DNA of 64,000 nt from Terriglobia bacterium (GCA_963666975.2 CAXVYR010000003.1:1216001-1280000), one strand, 5' to 3'. Counted from the stretch's first letter, positions 20,152-31,502 are shown. Numbers and translations are program-made. The notes: generated by a model from the sequence alone, not told the origin.

Positions 20152-21705
20152 TCAAACCGGCGTGATTCCGTGTTTTCTGTACGGTCTGTCTTCTTTCTTG
20201 TTTCGGAAGATCTCCAGCGCCTGGATCAGACGGATCCGCGTCTGTTCCGGCTGAATGGCAGCCTGAGCGTACTGCTTGGCGACTGCCTCGAAGGGACCAC
20301 TGAACCTTTCGGAATATTCTTCGAGCTTCTGCTGCCGCATCTTCTCCGGGTCAGCCGCCTGCTCGATCTCCTGCCGGTAGAGAACATTTACGGCCCCGCC
20401 TCCTCCCATGACGGCCAGTTCCACCCCCGGCCAGACAAAAACCTGATCCGCTCCCATCTCCCGCGTGCACATGGCTTGCTTGGCTCCTCCGTATCCCTTT
20501 CGCAGGTAAAGCGTCAATTTAGGCACGGTAGCCTCCGCATAAGCGTACAGCATCTTGGCGCCGTGGCGGATGATTCCATTCTGCTCCTGCTTGGTTCCCG
20601 GCAGGTAGCCGGGCACGTCCACCAAGGTGATGATAGGAATCTGGAAGGCGTCACAAAAACGGATAAAGCGCGACGCCTTATCGGAACAATCGACATCCAG
20701 GCTGCCGCCGAGAAACATCGGCTGATTGGCGACAAAACCCACCGGCCGGCCATCCAGCCGTCCGAAGCCCACCACGATATTGCGGGCGAACCGCGCCTTG
20801 ATCTCAAAAAAATTGCCCCCGTCCACAATTCGCTGAATGACTTTCCGGATGTCGTAGATTTTTTTTGATTCCCACGGCACGATGGCATCCAGGTCGTCCA
20901 GCGTCCGGCCCGGATCGTCGTTGGGAGGCACGCGAGGAGGCGGCTCTCCGCAATTCAGCGGAAGAAAACCCACTAGCGTCCGAATCTGATTCAGGCAATC
21001 CTCATCGCCCGAGCAAACCACATCCGTCACGCCGGACTGTTCCGCATGGATTTTCCACCCGCCCAACTGCTCCATCGTCACATCTTCTCCCGTTACCTCT
21101 TTGATGACGGGAGGCCCGGTGATGAACATCTGGCTGGTGTCCTTTACCATGAAGATAAAATCCGTCAGAGCGGGACAGTAGGCAGCAACCCCGATGCAGG
21201 GGCCCATGATAGCCGAGATTTGCGGAACCACCCCGGAGGTGATGCTGTTCTGATAAAACATATTTCCGATCGCGCGGGTGACATCCAGCCCCTCCTGTAT
21301 TCTGGCGCCCACCGAGTCATATAAACCGATCAAAGGAACGCCCGTCTTGCGTGCGGTCTCCGTAACGTAAGCGATCTTCTCTCCGTGCGCGCTGCCCACG
21401 GCACCCGCCAGCACGGTCCGGTCCTGCGCAAAAATATAGACGTTTCTGCCGTCTATCTTGCCGTATCCGGTCACCACGCCGTCGGTGGGAGCTTTTTTCT
21501 TCGCCATCCCAAAATCTGTTTTCTGGGTCTCGGCCAGCAGGAACTCCTCCACGAACGAGCCGCGGTCGAGCAGCCCGGCGATGCGTTCTCTCGCGGTCCA
21601 TTTTCCCCCTTGATGCTGCTTTTCCACCGCCTTGGCATCACCCTGGAGAGCCTTGATCTCCATATCCAGCAATTTCTTTCGGACTTCATCGTAAGACTTC
21701 GGCAT
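20152..21705 (-). CDS. Acyl-CoA carboxyltransferase (methylmalonyl-CoA decarboxylase alpha / PccB-like)
   Basis: GKWTARERI, DSVGARIQEG, DVPGYLPG and RKHGITPV motifs. 517 aa. Confidence 0.9.
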   Translation of the reverse strand: MPKSYDEVRKKLLDMEIKALQGDAKAVEKQHQGGKWTARERIAGLLDRGSFVEEFLLAETQKTDFGMAKKKAPTDGVVTGYGKIDGRNVYIFAQDRTVLAGAVGSAHGEKIAYVTETARKTGVPLIGLYDSVGARIQEGLDVTRAIGNMFYQNSITSGVVPQISAIMGPCIGVAAYCPALTDFIFMVKDTSQMFITGPPVIKEVTGEDVTMEQLGGWKIHAEQSGVTDVVCSGDEDCLNQIRTLVGFLPLNCGEPPPRVPPNDDPGRTLDDLDAIVPWESKKIYDIRKVIQRIVDGGNFFEIKARFARNIVVGFGRLDGRPVGFVANQPMFLGGSLDVDCSDKASRFIRFCDAFQIPIITLVDVPGYLPGTKQEQNGIIRHGAKMLYAYAEATVPKLTLYLRKGYGGAKQAMCTREMGADQVFVWPGVELAVMGGGGAVNVLYRQEIEQAADPEKMRQQKLEEYSERFSGPFEAVAKQYAQAAIQPEQTRIRLIQALEIFRNKKEDRPYRKHGITPV

Positions 21706-22229
21706 AGAATGGCTCTTTCAAAAAAAACCTTGTGTTTTGCTCCCATTCCTCATCACGCAGGCAATCAGGAGGGCTTTGTCAACGGCGGCGGTAAGCGCGC
21801 TCATCCATTACGCGCCCTCATCACGTACGCGCCATCATCACGCTCCACCGCCGGTCGCTCATGCTGGGAATTGCAACGGGGATCTGAAAGGAAAAGGTTA
21901 CTATTCCCTTTCGCCGCTTCACAAATCGTAAGTCGAAAAGAACGAAAACGCAAGTTGCTCTCCGGCTGGATTCCCGTTCCGCACGAACTTCCCGCAATCA
22001 TTTAGACTGGATTCTCAAAATGTGGAGCGCGCAGTGCACCCAGAACAACAGGCCGGAAAGATGAGCAAAATGCCGGGGAAGGCGGCAGGGAACTGCGCAA
22101 AAACTTCCTGTTGATGATAGCTGGAAGACAGGTTACGGTTCCAAGCAACCATCCCGGCTGCCTGGAACCGCAAGGTTTAAGGTTGAGTAAACTTTCTTGT
22201 GCAGGCCGCTGCCGTGCAGCGATCGCGGC

Positions 22230-23560
22230 TCAATAACTTTCCAGGTATTTTTCAAGCTCCCAGGGCGTCACCTGCATACGATATTCATCCCACTCCTTGG
22301 ACTTCGCCTGCACGTACATTTCATAGGTATGCGGATCCAGGGCTGACTGGATTAGTTTGTCTGCCTTTAGTTCCTTCAAGGCCTGCGCCAGAGAATCGGG
22401 AAGCGTATCAATGTTGAGATCAGCCAGTCTTTCATCATCAAAGTGATAGACGTCCTCCTCTACCGGCTCCGGCGGTTTCAGGTTTCGCTTGACGCCGTCG
22501 AGGCCGGCCTTCAGCATCGACGCAAAGGCCAAATACAGATTGCAGCTTGGGTCCGGACACCGAAGCTCGGCTCGCGTGGACTGATGCTTGCCCGCCGAGT
22601 ACTGCGGAATACGGATCAAGGCGGAACGGTTAATTCTGGCCCATGCATATAGACAGGCGCCTCGAAGCCCGGGATGAAGCGTTTATAGGAGTTGACCGTC
22701 GGCGAGAGAATGGCGCACATCCCCTTCACGTGGTTGAGCTGTCCGGCGATGAAGCTGTAGGCCACCTTGGAGAGCCGGTATTTATCTTTGGCGACGTAGA
22801 AGGCGTTCTGTTTCGTTTTTCGATTGAACAGGCTCTGATGGACGTGCATGCCGGAGCCGTTAATCCCGGTGATTGGTTTCGGCATGAAGGTGGCATAGAG
22901 GTTGTGCTGCTCGGCCACCGCTTTCAGGACAAAGCGCAGCGTGGTGGCGTTGTCGGCGGCCTTGAGCGCGTTGGCGTAGCGGAAATCGATTTCGTGCTGG
23001 CCGACCGCCACCTCGTGATGCGAAGCCTCCACTTCAATGCCGAAGTGTTCCAGCGATTTGACCATGTCCCGCCGAACGTGATAGGCGCGATCCGTTGAAA
23101 AATCGAAATAGCCGCCCTTGTCATGAGGATTGGTGATCGAATTCCCGTTCTTACTGAACAAAAAGAATTCCAATTCCGGCCCGACGTTGTATTCGTAGTT
23201 GAGTTCTTCCGCTTCCCGAAGAGCCCGCTTCAAGATGTAGCGCGGGTCGCCCTCGAAGGGTGTTCCGTCGGGTTTGTAAATGTCGCAAACGAACCGGGCC
23301 GTCTGCCCTTCTTCCACTTTCTCCCAGGGGATAACGGCATATGTGTCAATATCCGGTTTGAGAAACATGTCGCTTTCCGAGATTCGTGCGAACCCTTCAA
23401 TCGAAGAGCCGTCAAACCAAGTCCCGTATTGCAGGCAATCGGGGAGGTGCTTCACGCGGATCGTGAGACTCTTCACAATGCCGTTGAGGTCCGTAAACTG
23501 CAATTGAATGAAGTGTATGTCGTCTTGTTTTACTCGTTTCAATATCTGTTGATTGTTCAT
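22230..23560 (-). pseudogene. glnA: Type I glutamine synthetase, split by a 1-nt deletion near 22648
   Basis: FDGSSIEGF, HHEVAVGQHE, GINGSGMHVHQS, ELRCPDPSCNLY. Restoring one base gives EAPVY-I-AWARINRSALIRIP. Confidence 0.88.
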
Positions 23561-23920
23561 TAAGTCTACCCCACCATAGCGAAGATTTGAGAGTTCCTGG
23601 GTAGGTTTGCAAGTGCAGTACCTCTACACTGATTCTTGCAATTGCATGGGAGCGTCTGTTTCTGAACAAGTTACAGCAAATTAGTCCGGGGATTTGAGCC
23701 TTTACTGGCATTTTACTGGGGGATATCGCCATTAAATGCGAGATTTCGCCCATGGCGAAAACAAAATACTTCTCTTAAAAACCAAAAACACGAGAGTAAT
23801 TTTCCTGGCTCACAAAATGCATGGAAACGGTTGCTGTCAAAATCCAGTGTCCCGCTAATGCAACTCCCGGCTCATGGCCAGGAGTTGCTTCTAGGGGATG
23901 CGTTACTTATCATACGGGTA

Positions 23921-24343
23921 ATGCCAAGACTAATCGCAAGTTGGGTTTGCTTCCAGCTAATGGTCGCCTTCTTCCAGGCGCCTTTCTTTCATATGCACGA
24001 GTACGCCGAAAGCGATCATGTACGTCACTGGCATCGCGCCTTTATCCAAACCCTTCATGCCCACTTCCCTCAGTTGGGGAACCAATCCACATCCGTTCCC
24101 GCCCCGGAAATCAGGGACATCAGCGATCAAAACCAGGCGAAGTTCCTGTCCTGGTTTCGGGCAAAACCCCAAGAAAACCTGGTGCTTCTCCCTTGTCTAA
24201 CAGAGCCGCCGATTTTCTTTGCTTTAATCCAGTTTACCGAATCCGCTCCGGACCCAATATACCGCACGCACGATCCTCACCTGCTTTCTCGTCACTCGCC
24301 CCGTTCCCCGCCCTTCGATTCTCGCCTTCTGCGCATCCTGTGA
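23921..24343 (+). CDS. His-rich membrane-anchored leader protein with C-terminal RSPP motif (DUF2946/CzcI-like architecture)
   Basis: N-terminal hydrophobic segment, HMH..DHVRHWH..LHAH, ends ...HSPRSPP+9 aa. Directly upstream of the czcC-like gene. Confidence 0.6.
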   Translation: MPRLIASWVCFQLMVAFFQAPFFHMHEYAESDHVRHWHRAFIQTLHAHFPQLGNQSTSVPAPEIRDISDQNQAKFLSWFRAKPQENLVLLPCLTEPPIFFALIQFTESAPDPIYRTHDPHLLSRHSPRSPPFDSRLLRIL

Positions 24344-24528
24344 TGAACTGGCAGCCCGCACGCCGCAAATCCTCACACCCAAGCCGGAGTATACCGGCGC
24401 GTAAATTATGGCTGCCACAAGAGAAAAGAACTCCACGCGGAAGAGTTGCCTAGTAGTCTCAGGATTCCCCCTATCAACAACGGCGAAACCTGAGTAACCA
24501 CCGTGCTGTGAATAACGAGAGGAGAACC

Positions 24529-25851
24529 ATGCCTCAGATGTTTCCTGCAAGCGCCTCTGCTGTTGTCTGCTTGTTTTTGTCTAGCATTTTATATCTTTCC
24601 TCCCTTCCCGCTCCGCTTTCCGGCGAAAACCCGGCGCTGCCTTCTCCACTCAGTTTGCGGGATGCCGTCCGGATTGCACTCGAAAGAAATCCCGCTGTTG
24701 GAGCGGCACAGAACACCATTGAGATGGCCGAAGCGCTGCAGCTCGATGCCGCGAAGCGGCTGAACCCTGCTTTTTCCTTTGCCTCGGAAAACTGGCGCGC
24801 TTTCAGCAGCAACCAAGGAGCTTTTTTTCAAACGCAGGAAATCACCGCCCGCTTTGATTACGAGATTGAGACCGCCGGCAAGCGCCGTCATCGCACCCGC
24901 GCCGCCAGCCTGGCAGTGGAAACAGCGCAGGCTTTCCATGAGGACCGCCGGCGCGTGCTGACCCTGGAGGTGGAGCGCGCCTATTTTCGCGCCGTCCAGG
25001 CGAAAGCGAATCTGGAGGTTGCTCAAATCATCCTGGAGGAAATTGACCGCATTATTGCGCTAAACCAGGTTCGCTACACGAGCGGTGAAATCTCTGGAGG
25101 GGAACTGAAGCGAAGTGAACTGGAACGGCTGCGGTTTCTCGATGATGTATTCGCCTCGCAACTGGAACGGCGCAACGCCAAAAGCGATCTGCTGGCCCTG
25201 CTCTATTTCCCCGATCTGGGCCAGGACTTCCAGTTAGCCGATACGTTGCCGGTCGATTTGGAGCAGCCCGCTTCTTTCCCAGGAATCTTCTACCCTTTTT
25301 CCCTCAAAGAATTGCAGGAGAAAGCCCTCCGGCAGCGGCCTGACCTGGCTGCGGCCCTGCACGAGGAACAACGGGCGGATACAGAAACCCTCCGTCAACG
25401 GGCCATCCGTTCGCCGAACGTTACGGTCGGCGGAGGCTACAAACGCGACGGGCCCTTTAATGCGCTGGCATTCGGCGTGACCGTTCCGCTGAAAATTTTT
25501 AACCGCAATGAAGGAGGACTGGCCCGGGCACAAGCGGAATTATCCCGCGCTCGCAACCGCGCCGCCTTGACCCGAACGGCCCTGCTGCTGGACGTCCAGA
25601 AAGCCTTCTATGCCGTAGAGGTCAACCAGGAACGAGTCCGCTACATCGAGCAGGAATATCTGGACAAGTCCGAACAGTCCCGCGAGATCATCCTGGCCTC
25701 CTACCGGCTGGGTGAAGCGAACTTGATTGATCTTCTCGATGCCCAGCGGGCATTTCGAGAGACCCGGCGGATCTATAACCAAGCACTTTTTGAATACCGC
25801 ATCAGCCTCTACGAATTGGGAGCGGCGGCGGGGGAGAAATTTCCATTATGA
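24529..25851 (+). CDS. czcC: TolC-family outer membrane efflux protein (CzcC-like)
   Basis: LSLRDAVRIALERNP, RQRPDL, PLKIFNRNEG and YRLGEANLIDLLDAQR motifs. GAGGAG RBS. Confidence 0.88.
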   Translation: MPQMFPASASAVVCLFLSSILYLSSLPAPLSGENPALPSPLSLRDAVRIALERNPAVGAAQNTIEMAEALQLDAAKRLNPAFSFASENWRAFSSNQGAFFQTQEITARFDYEIETAGKRRHRTRAASLAVETAQAFHEDRRRVLTLEVERAYFRAVQAKANLEVAQIILEEIDRIIALNQVRYTSGEISGGELKRSELERLRFLDDVFASQLERRNAKSDLLALLYFPDLGQDFQLADTLPVDLEQPASFPGIFYPFSLKELQEKALRQRPDLAAALHEEQRADTETLRQRAIRSPNVTVGGGYKRDGPFNALAFGVTVPLKIFNRNEGGLARAQAELSRARNRAALTRTALLLDVQKAFYAVEVNQERVRYIEQEYLDKSEQSREIILASYRLGEANLIDLLDAQRAFRETRRIYNQALFEYRISLYELGAAAGEKFPL

Positions 25852-27116
25852 GCGATGTAGCAAACTGGCAAAACCATGCGCACTGGAAGCGGCATTTGGT
25901 GGTGGGAGGAGGGCTTGGTCTGGTTGGCCTCCTTTTCGGGTTTTGGATTGGAACGCGATCCCAGCCTGTCACTCCTCCCCCACCAATTCAAGAGTCAGCC
26001 CAGGAAAAACTGATCGAACTCAGTCTGGAGACGCAACGAAGCGCCGATCTGAAAATCACCGAGGTGGTCGAGCGCCCACTCGAGCGAACACTGGTCGCTA
26101 CCGGGGTCCTCGCCCCGGACCAGAATCGACTGGCACACATTGGTCCTCTGGCGCGAGGGGTTGTCGAGCAAGTACTGGCCCAAATCGGCGACCGAGTTCG
26201 GGTGGATGACCCCTTATTGATTTACGACAACATCGAACTGGGGGTGCTAATTGGGGAGTACTTGGTTATCAAGGCAGAAATTAAACGAGAACAAGCCCAA
26301 GCGGAAGTTGCCAAGCGTTATCTGGCGCGGGCCGAGGCGTTGCTGATGGAAGAGGCAATTGCACGCAGGGAGTACGAACTTCGCGACGCTCAATATAAGT
26401 AAGCTGTAGCTGTGGTCGAGAGCAACCAAGCCAAATTAGCCCAGGTGGAAGAAAGGATTCACCGACTGGGGTTAGACGACGAAGACTTACGAAATCTTGG
26501 AAGCTCAGGACATGACAGCCACCGCACAGCCTCTCACAGCACCTTACGCGCTCCGTTTGCGGGTGTGATCACCATGCAGGATGTGGCTTCGGGAGAGATG
26601 CTAGAACCGGACCGCGAGGTCTTTGTGCTGGCGGATACTTCCGTGGTCTGGGTGCTGGCCGGCATTTACGAAAAAGACCTGGGACAGGTAGAGGTCGGGT
26701 GGCCCTGTCGGGTCAAAGTGCCTGCCTATCCAGAGGAGGTGTTCACGGGCAAGATTGCTTACCTCAGCGATGTCCTGGATCCGACTTCGCGGACCGGCAA
26801 GATGCGTTGTGTGCTCACCAACCCGGATGGGCGCTTGAAACTGGAAATGTTTGCGACCGTCGAAATCCCTCTGCCGTTAAAGCACCCTGCGGTGCTCCTG
26901 CCGGAGGCGGCCGTGCAGAGGGTGGACCAACAAACATTAGTCTTCGTCGCTCAAGATGATTCTCATTTTGAAGCCCGCGAAGTCGAGTTAGGCGAGCGGT
27001 TCGGTGACTCGTTCGAGGTTCGGCGCGGTCTTCGCGCCGGCGAGAAAGTTGTTACGCAAGGCGCTTTCTACGTCAAGTCCGAACTGCTGCGTGACCAGCT
27101 CGGTGGAGAGGAATAG
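25848..27116 (+). pseudogene. czcB: CzcB-like heavy-metal efflux MFP with in-frame TAA at 26400-26402
   Basis: ORFs 25848-26402 and 26412-27116 are in the same frame and together give a complete MFP (LRAPFAG, NPDGRLKLEMFA). Confidence 0.88.
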
Positions 27117-27119
27117 CTT

Positions 27120-30100
27120 ATGACCAGTTTGGTTGATTTGTGCCTACGGTATCGTTTCCTGGTTCTGGCGCTCACGGGAATCCTCATCGCTGGCGGACTA
27201 TTTTCCCTCAGCCGGCTCACGATTGACGCGGTGCCTGATATTACTCCTGTCCAGGTCCAAATCCTGTCCCGAAGTCCGACGTTAGGACCGGTTGAGGTTG
27301 AACAATACGTGACCTTTCCCATTGAAGCAGCGATGACCGGATTGCCCGGTGTGGAGGAAATTCGCTCCGTGTCCCGCTATGGTCTGTCGGCCGTAACCGT
27401 GATCTTTGAAGAGGGCATGAGCCTTTACTTGGCTCGCCAGTTGGTCTCAGAGCGACTAAGTGAGGCGGAAAAAAGTGTCCCGCCCGGTCTTGCCAACATC
27501 GAGTTGGGGCCGATGTCGACAGGTCTGAGTGAAGTCTACCACTTCACCGTAGAAGGAGAAGGCTACAGCCCTACAGAACTCAAGACGATTCTGGACTGGG
27601 ACATCGCGTTTCGCCTTCGTACTGTTCCAGGCCTTGTTGAGGTAAATTCTTGGGGCGGCCTGACCAAGCAGTATCACGCGGTCGTGGACCCGACGATGCT
27701 GATCGCCCACGGGATCACGCTCGGCGAGGTTTTTGAGGCCCTAGAACGCAATAATGCCAACACCGGCAGCGGCTACGTTGAGCACAACCAGGAGGCGTAC
27801 ATCATCCGGGGCGAAGCCCTGGCCACTTCTATTCCCGACCTGGAAAACATTGTGGTGGCCACCCGGAGTGACGGGACGCCGATCTTTGTCCGCAATCTAG
27901 GCGAAGTCCGCGAGGGAGCAATGGTTCGGATTGGGGCAGCCACAGAGAATGGGCAGGGCGAAGCCGTCATCGGCATGGTGCAGATGCTGGCGGGCGAAAA
28001 CGCCAATCAGGTGGTAGCCGATGTGAAGGAAAAGCTCGCCGAAATCCAAGGTTCCCTCCCTCCAGGAGTGCGAACCGTTCCGTTTTATGACCGGGCGAAT
28101 TTCGTGGACCGGATTCTGCGCACCGTCCGTACCAACCTCATGGAAGGAGGCTTGTTGGTCATTGCCGTCCTTCTCTTACTTCTCGGGAACTTGCGGGGCG
28201 GCCTCGTCGTGGCTTTAGCCATTCCGCTGTCCATGTTGATCGCTTTCACGGGCATGGTGCGCGCAGGTATCAGCGGCAACTTAATGAGCCTGGGAGCCAT
28301 TGACTTCGGCCTCATTGTGGACGGCGCCGTGGTGATGATTGAAAACATCTCCCGACACTTGGGCGAACGGGGTCGTGCCCCGGGAGTTTCCAAGATGGAG
28401 GTCATCCGGGAAGCGACCCGGGAAGTGATCCGTCCGGTGGTCTTCGCCGTGAGCATCATCATCTTGGTTTACGTCCCCATCCTTTCGCTCACCGGCATCG
28501 AGGGCAAGATGTTCCGTCCGATGGCCATGACGGTGATCTTCGCCCTGATCGGGGCATTGATTCTGACAGTGACGTTGATGCCCGTGTTGTCGTACTTCGT
28601 TCTGAAAGCCGAGACGGATAAAGAGCCCTGGTTGATGCGGAAGCTGCGAGCGATCTATGAACCTTCCCTCTCCTGGGCAATGCATAATTCCCGATGGGTG
28701 GTGCTGATAGCTTCCGTGGCTTTTCTGTCTAGCCTGCTCGTGTTTTCTCGTATGGGGACGGCGTTTGTGCCCCGGCTGGATGAGGGCGACATCGCCATCC
28801 AGGCTTGGCGATTGCCCAGCATTTCTTTGAGTGAATCGCTCGCTTCGACTACGAAAATCGAGAAAGTGCTCCGCCGCTTCCCGGAGATCACAACTGTAGT
28901 GTCCCGCACCGGAAGCCCCGACGTAGCCACCGACGTGATGGGGGATTGAAGTTTCCGACATTTTTGTGATCCTCAAGCCGCGATCCGAATGGACCACCGC
29001 AGAGACCAAGGAAGGTTTGATTGCCAAGATGGACGAGGCATTGAAGCGGGAGGTGCCGGGTTCCGGTTTTTCTTACACCCAACCCATCGAGATGCGTTTC
29101 AACGAATTGATTGCTGGAGCCCGTTCCGACATCGCAGTGAGTATTTACGGGCAAGACCTGGGTACGCTGCGGCGGTTGGGCGATCAGGTAGCCCAGGCGC
29201 TCCGGCAAGTCCCAGGCGCTGCCGATGTGCAGGTCGAACAGACCGCAGGCCTGCCGATGTATCGTGTGCGCATTGACCGGAACCGGCTAGCCCGCTACGG
29301 AATGAGCGCGGGCGACGTCCTCGACACCATCGAGGCGACCCGCGTGGGCAAAGTGGTTGGCACCATCTTTGAAGGGGAGCGCCGGTTCGACCTCGTGGTG
29401 CGACTGCCGGACTCGGTTACTCAAAGCGAGGCGGCGCTGGCCAATTTGTCTCTGGCCGATCACGGTCGGTTGATCCCGTTGTCGCAGGTCGCTGATGTGG
29501 AGGTATCTACCGGCCCGGCACAGGTCAGCCGCAAGGATGTCCGGCGGCGGCTCATCGTGCAGAACAATGTGCGAGGGCGTGACCTCGGAAGCTTTGTGGA
29601 AGACGCCCAGCAGAGAGTGGCCCAATCCGTTTCTTTGCCCACGGGTTACTTTCTGGAGTGGGGCGGGCAGTTCGAGCAGCTCCAAGAGGCCAGGCGGCGG
29701 CTGGCTTTCGTAGTCCCGATTACGTTCCTGATTATCTTTCTCATGCTCTACACCACTTTCGGAGCCGTTCGACCAGCCTTGCTGATTTTCCTCAACGTGC
29801 CGCTAGCGATCACCGGCGGAGTGTTCGCTCTAGCCATCCGGGGACTGCCGTTCAGCATCTCGGCGGCTGTTGGTTTTATCGCTCTTTTTGGCATCGCGAT
29901 GTTAAACGGAGTGGTATTGGTTACCTACATTCGACAATTGCGGGAGCGTGGACTGCCCGTGGAAGAAGCCGCCAGAGAGGGAGCCAAAATCCGCCTCCGG
30001 CCTGTTCTGATGACCGCTATGGTGGCCAGTTTCGGGTTCATTCCGATGGCTCTGAACACTGGTCTTGGGGCCGAAGTACAGCGCCCGCTGGCCACGGTGG

Positions 30101-30223
30101 TGATCGGGGGCCTGATCACATCCACGCTGCTCACTCTCCTCGTGCTCCCCAGCATCTATCATTAGATTTGAAGAAAAGCGTGCTGAAATCGAAATTGAAT
30201 TTTACCGAGGATCTTCACCATGA
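27120..30223 (+). pseudogene. czcA: CzcA-like heavy-metal RND permease, frameshifted in G-run 28940-28944 and again near 30163
   Basis: IDAVPDITPVQVQI, GAIDFGLIVDGAVVMIEN (HME motif), RLRPVLMTA, GAEVQRPLATVVIGG. Removing one G joins the two ORFs. Removing one T near 30163 extends the gene to a TGA overlapping the next ATG. Confidence 0.9.
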
Positions 30224-30551
30224 AGGAAATTAAAGCGATTGTGCAACCCTTCCGCGTTTCCAAGATTCTCGAGGCCTTGCAGCAAATTCCCCAACTGCCC
30301 GGTGTAACCGTCTCCGATGTCCGGGGCTTTGGGAGACAGCGGGCCGTGAATGCGCCGAATCTGGTCGTGGAAGGGATTATTTCTTATGCAAAAAAACCAA
30401 GCTGGAAATTGTGGTCGCCGATGAACTCGTGGAAGAGGTCATTCGGGACCATGCCCACACCGGCAATCTAGGCGACGGCAAGATTTTCGTGAGCACACTG
30501 GATGACATGTTTCGCATCCGCACGGGCGAACGCGGTGAACAAGCCATCTAG
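30220..30551 (+). pseudogene. P-II family protein (metal-efflux-associated group), frameshifted in A-run near 30390
   Basis: MKEIKAIVQPF..GVTVSDVRGFG. The shifted frame continues KTKLEIVV..AHTGNLGDGKIFVS..RIRTGERGEQAI*. Confidence 0.85.
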
Positions 30552-30728
30552 CGGAAGCCGCCGTCAATCTTCTTTTTGTAGGAAGAAATAATAGATGATT
30601 CCGAATTACGTTCCCGGTAGGTTTCCGAATCCAATAATATCGGCAACCGCCGCTTTTGCTGTCATCCTGAGCAACGCGAGAGCCTGCCCCGAGCCATGGA
30701 TATGGTCCACAAAAACTATAAAATCGCT

Positions 30729-31343
30729 CTAGTCCTTTGGTTTTTTCGGCGCCTTGAGAGGAATATTCATGCCTTCGGGTTCTTCCAGCACTACGATGGA
30801 ACCCCCGCGCCTCCCCAAACCAGCCACCCAGATAGAAAGTTCGGTTCCGACCAAATCTTCCACACGGGAAAAAGTTTCAAAAGGAGGGCCTTGCCGCTTC
30901 CACAACGAAGGCCGCCCTACCCGGAAACCCATCCGCCGCCCTCGCACCTCAATCCTCACCACATCTCCGCCGGAAAAACGGGTGCCCTCAACCCACTCAT
31001 CGAGAACTCCCGTCACGCGGGACAGGGGGGTAATCAGGCGGTCGCCCTTTCCATCCGGTCCGGAGTAGGCGATGCGTCCCCGTCGTTCGTCAATCTTGTA
31101 ACTGTTGCCTCCCGCGCGAAACTCCGTTAAGTTCTCTGAAACTCTGCCTCCCTCGATAGGAATAAATTTTTCCAGGCGCATCCATCCCCCGACGGAAGTC
31201 TCCGTGATCTCCAGCAAAATAGTCGTTCCAATCGTTTTCTTTTTCAGGCCCACCACCCCTTCATAGACCCTGCGATCCTGTGAGCGGGCCGGAAACGCCG
31301 CCAGTAGCAAGAAAAACAGCAGCCACAACGTTCGGAGTTTCAT
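30729..31343 (-). CDS. Hypothetical secreted protein
   Basis: Clear signal peptide MKLRTLWLLFFLLLAAFPARS, AGGAAGG RBS, 204 aa. Confidence 0.7.
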   Translation of the reverse strand: MKLRTLWLLFFLLLAAFPARSQDRRVYEGVVGLKKKTIGTTILLEITETSVGGWMRLEKFIPIEGGRVSENLTEFRAGGNSYKIDERRGRIAYSGPDGKGDRLITPLSRVTGVLDEWVEGTRFSGGDVVRIEVRGRRMGFRVGRPSLWKRQGPPFETFSRVEDLVGTELSIWVAGLGRRGGSIVVLEEPEGMNIPLKAPKKPKD

Positions 31344-31502
31344 GCCAGCCTTCCTTTCTTCCGAGCAACGCGAAATCGGCATCCTGGATACAAATCTGGA
31401 TACAAATATTGTAATCAACCCACCGCGCCGTGATCCAGCAGATATTAGGTTCCATAGTAACAGGCAGCCGCCGCGCTGCGCTCCTGGGCCGGCAGAATCG
31501 TC

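Noticed and set aside
23570-23850. Sigma54 promoter for glnA
   Set aside because: Candidate GG...TTGC elements have 8-nt rather than 10-nt spacing and are on the wrong strand.
24343-24528. NiCo riboswitch upstream of czcC
   Set aside because: Hairpins are present, but I cannot find the conserved CUGAGCAGG / GCAACAG / GGGACAG junction sequences.
26400-26402. Possible recoding (Sec/Pyl/readthrough) at the in-frame stop in czcB
   Set aside because: The codon is TAA, not TGA/TAG, and neighbouring genes carry independent lesions; a nonsense mutation or error is simpler.
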